A stretch of DNA of 64,000 bases from Eubacteriales bacterium (GTDB lineage Bacteria; Bacillota; Clostridia; Oscillospirales; UBA644): positions 488-64,487 of the forward strand of contig JAZQKK010000033.1 in the NCBI GenBank assembly GCA_045542115.1. Reading direction: 5' to 3'. The translations under genes and the position numbers were made by a program. The notes below the pieces were generated by a model. The model was not told where the DNA came from, ran no database searches, and saw only the letters and a program-made list of their open reading frames with translations. The first letter of the stretch is position 1; every line of letters starts with the position of its first letter. Positions 62,150-64,000 of the stretch are shown one piece after another.

Positions 62150-62214
62150 TTGACAAATGATGGAAAAAGTGGTAGAGTATTCATAGGTTAGCACTCACCA
62201 ACGAAGAGTGCTAA
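62150..62214 (+). promoter_or_regulatory. sigma-A promoter and CIRCE operator
   Basis: TTGACA-17-TAGAGT; perfect TTAGCACTC-N9-GAGTGCTAA at 62188-62214. Confidence 0.95.
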
Positions 62215-62240
62215 TATACCGGAACGGAAAGGATGGTTTT

Positions 62241-63257
62241 ATGGAACTTGATTCCCGGAAACGGCTGATTTTATCAGCTATCGTATCTGCGTATATTGAA
62301 ACCGGCGAGCCGGTTGGTTCCAAGACACTTCTTGTCCGTGAAAATTTGGGGGTATCCCCTGCTACGGTCCGAAACGAAATGTCAGAATTGGAGCAATTGG
62401 GTTACCTAAAAAAAACGCACACTTCTTCCGGGCGGATTCCTTCCAATTTAGGATACCGATTCTATGTTGGCACGCTTACTCCGTATCGTTTAACCCAGGG
62501 AGAACAGGATGTATTAGACAGCCCCTTCCGAACCAGTGCCGGATTGGAAGAACTGTTGGAAGCTTCAACACAGAGGCTTGCATCCTTTTCCGGTTGCACT
62601 GTTTTCGGTGTTTCCCCTCATTGCCCGGACGGAATCTACCAATTTGAAGTATTACCGGCGGGAAAACGGATCCTTGCCGTAATGGTCATTGCTTCCGGCG
62701 GTTCCGTTAAGAATTATTTTTATCGCGCCACCGAAGATGTCACTCCGGAAGATGCTTCAATTCTTACCCAAATATTAAACAAGACTTTTTCCGGATTTCC
62801 CATCGACCGAATCGGAACCGTGCGGATGATGTTGTTGGAACACGAAATAAAGACCCATTGCCCGAAGCATACGGGAATTCTCGATACGGTCCATAAAATT
62901 CTTTCCGGTGTTCAGGACTATGCCCTGCATATCGGCGGAACGGAAAATCTTTTAACTTACCCTGAATTTTCCAATATTGAAACTGCCCGCGGCTTTATTG
63001 AGATGCTATCCACAAGAGAACATATCCTCGATGCATTGTTGTCAAATCGCCCCAATGATGAAATTGAGATTCGCATTGGTGCGGAAAACGGATTGTTCGC
63101 AAGTCCTCACGCAAGCCTGATTACGTTGTTCTGTAATCAAAAATTTCCGGTTATGTTGGGACTTATGGGCCCCACGCGAATGGATTACGCCCGAACCATT
63201 GCAGGATGCAATCATATGCTGGCTCACCTGAAATCTTTTATCGAACAAGAATACTGA
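62241..63257 (+). CDS. hrcA: Heat-inducible transcription repressor
   Basis: EPVGSK, SPATVRNEM, HTSSGRIPS, GPTRMDY. Confidence 0.96.
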   Translation: MELDSRKRLILSAIVSAYIETGEPVGSKTLLVRENLGVSPATVRNEMSELEQLGYLKKTHTSSGRIPSNLGYRFYVGTLTPYRLTQGEQDVLDSPFRTSAGLEELLEASTQRLASFSGCTVFGVSPHCPDGIYQFEVLPAGKRILAVMVIASGGSVKNYFYRATEDVTPEDASILTQILNKTFSGFPIDRIGTVRMMLLEHEIKTHCPKHTGILDTVHKILSGVQDYALHIGGTENLLTYPEFSNIETARGFIEMLSTREHILDALLSNRPNDEIEIRIGAENGLFASPHASLITLFCNQKFPVMLGLMGPTRMDYARTIAGCNHMLAHLKSFIEQEY

Positions 63258-63273
63258 CGGAAAGGATTCCACT

Positions 63274-63786
63274 ATGAAAGATAAGAAAAAAGAAACTCCT
63301 GCCGAAGAGTTGGAAGAAGAAGTTCTGGAAACAGAAGTTTCCGAAACTTCGGAAGAAGCCCCCAAAAACGAACCGGTCCAGGACGAATGGCACGACCGCT
63401 TTGTCCGTTTGGCTGCGGATTTTGATAATTTTAAAAAGCGTTCTGCGGCAGAGAAAAATGCAGTCTATGCAAATGCCACCGCCGACGCCGTGGCGGAATT
63501 GCTTCCCATTATCGACAATCTGGAACGGGCAATTGCAGCCGCGGAAGACAGTCCGATGAAATCCGGCGTGGAAATGGTATTGTCGCAAGCGTTAAAAGCG
63601 TTTGAGAATCTGAACGTCTTCCCCGTGGGAACCCCCGGTGAACCCTTTGACCCCCAAATTCACAACGCCGTAATGCACGTGGATGATGAATCTATGGAAG
63701 AAAACGTGATTGCAGAAGTTTTTCAAAAAGGATATAAATTGGGCGATAAAGTCGTACGCCACGCTTTGGTAAAAGTGGCAAACTGA
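63274..63786 (+). CDS. grpE: Nucleotide exchange factor GrpE
   Basis: ADFDNFKKR, FDPQIHNA, QKGY. Confidence 0.96.
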   Translation: MKDKKKETPAEELEEEVLETEVSETSEEAPKNEPVQDEWHDRFVRLAADFDNFKKRSAAEKNAVYANATADAVAELLPIIDNLERAIAAAEDSPMKSGVEMVLSQALKAFENLNVFPVGTPGEPFDPQIHNAVMHVDDESMEENVIAEVFQKGYKLGDKVVRHALVKVAN

Positions 63787-63792
63787 ATTTAA

Positions 63793-64000
<208 letters not shown>

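Overview
Chromosomal window from a spore-forming Clostridia-type Firmicute (inferred from spoIIGA-sigE, spoVT, cdaA-cdaR, CIRCE-hrcA-grpE-dnaK). Most of it is housekeeping (glyA, uvrAB, rny, gdhA, recA-recX-rimO-pgsA-cysE-cysS-recG, three tRNAs). Two accessory loci stand out. (1) At 24.4-35.4 kb, two integrase-free catabolic cassettes lie in tandem inside the first 11 codons of spoVT. Cassette A carries AraC, a glycyl radical enzyme and its activase. Cassette B carries AraC and a seven-gene sugar-acid operon. The spoVT 5' end occurs three times, and each cassette ends with a replacement forespore-type promoter, an RBS-sequestering hairpin and a new spoVT start. (2) At 2.6-3.5 kb, an intact tRNA-Pro(TGG) is separated from a consensus promoter by three different tRNA-Pro 5' halves spaced about 200 bp apart, with TGGTCAAA repeats between them; a helicase/Fic island lies beyond it. 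A 28-bp motif (25/28 identical) sits about 35 bp inside a junction at both loci, suggesting one family of 5'-end-replacing, recombinase-in-trans cassettes. Gene calls come from recognising protein motifs by eye; no database searches were run.
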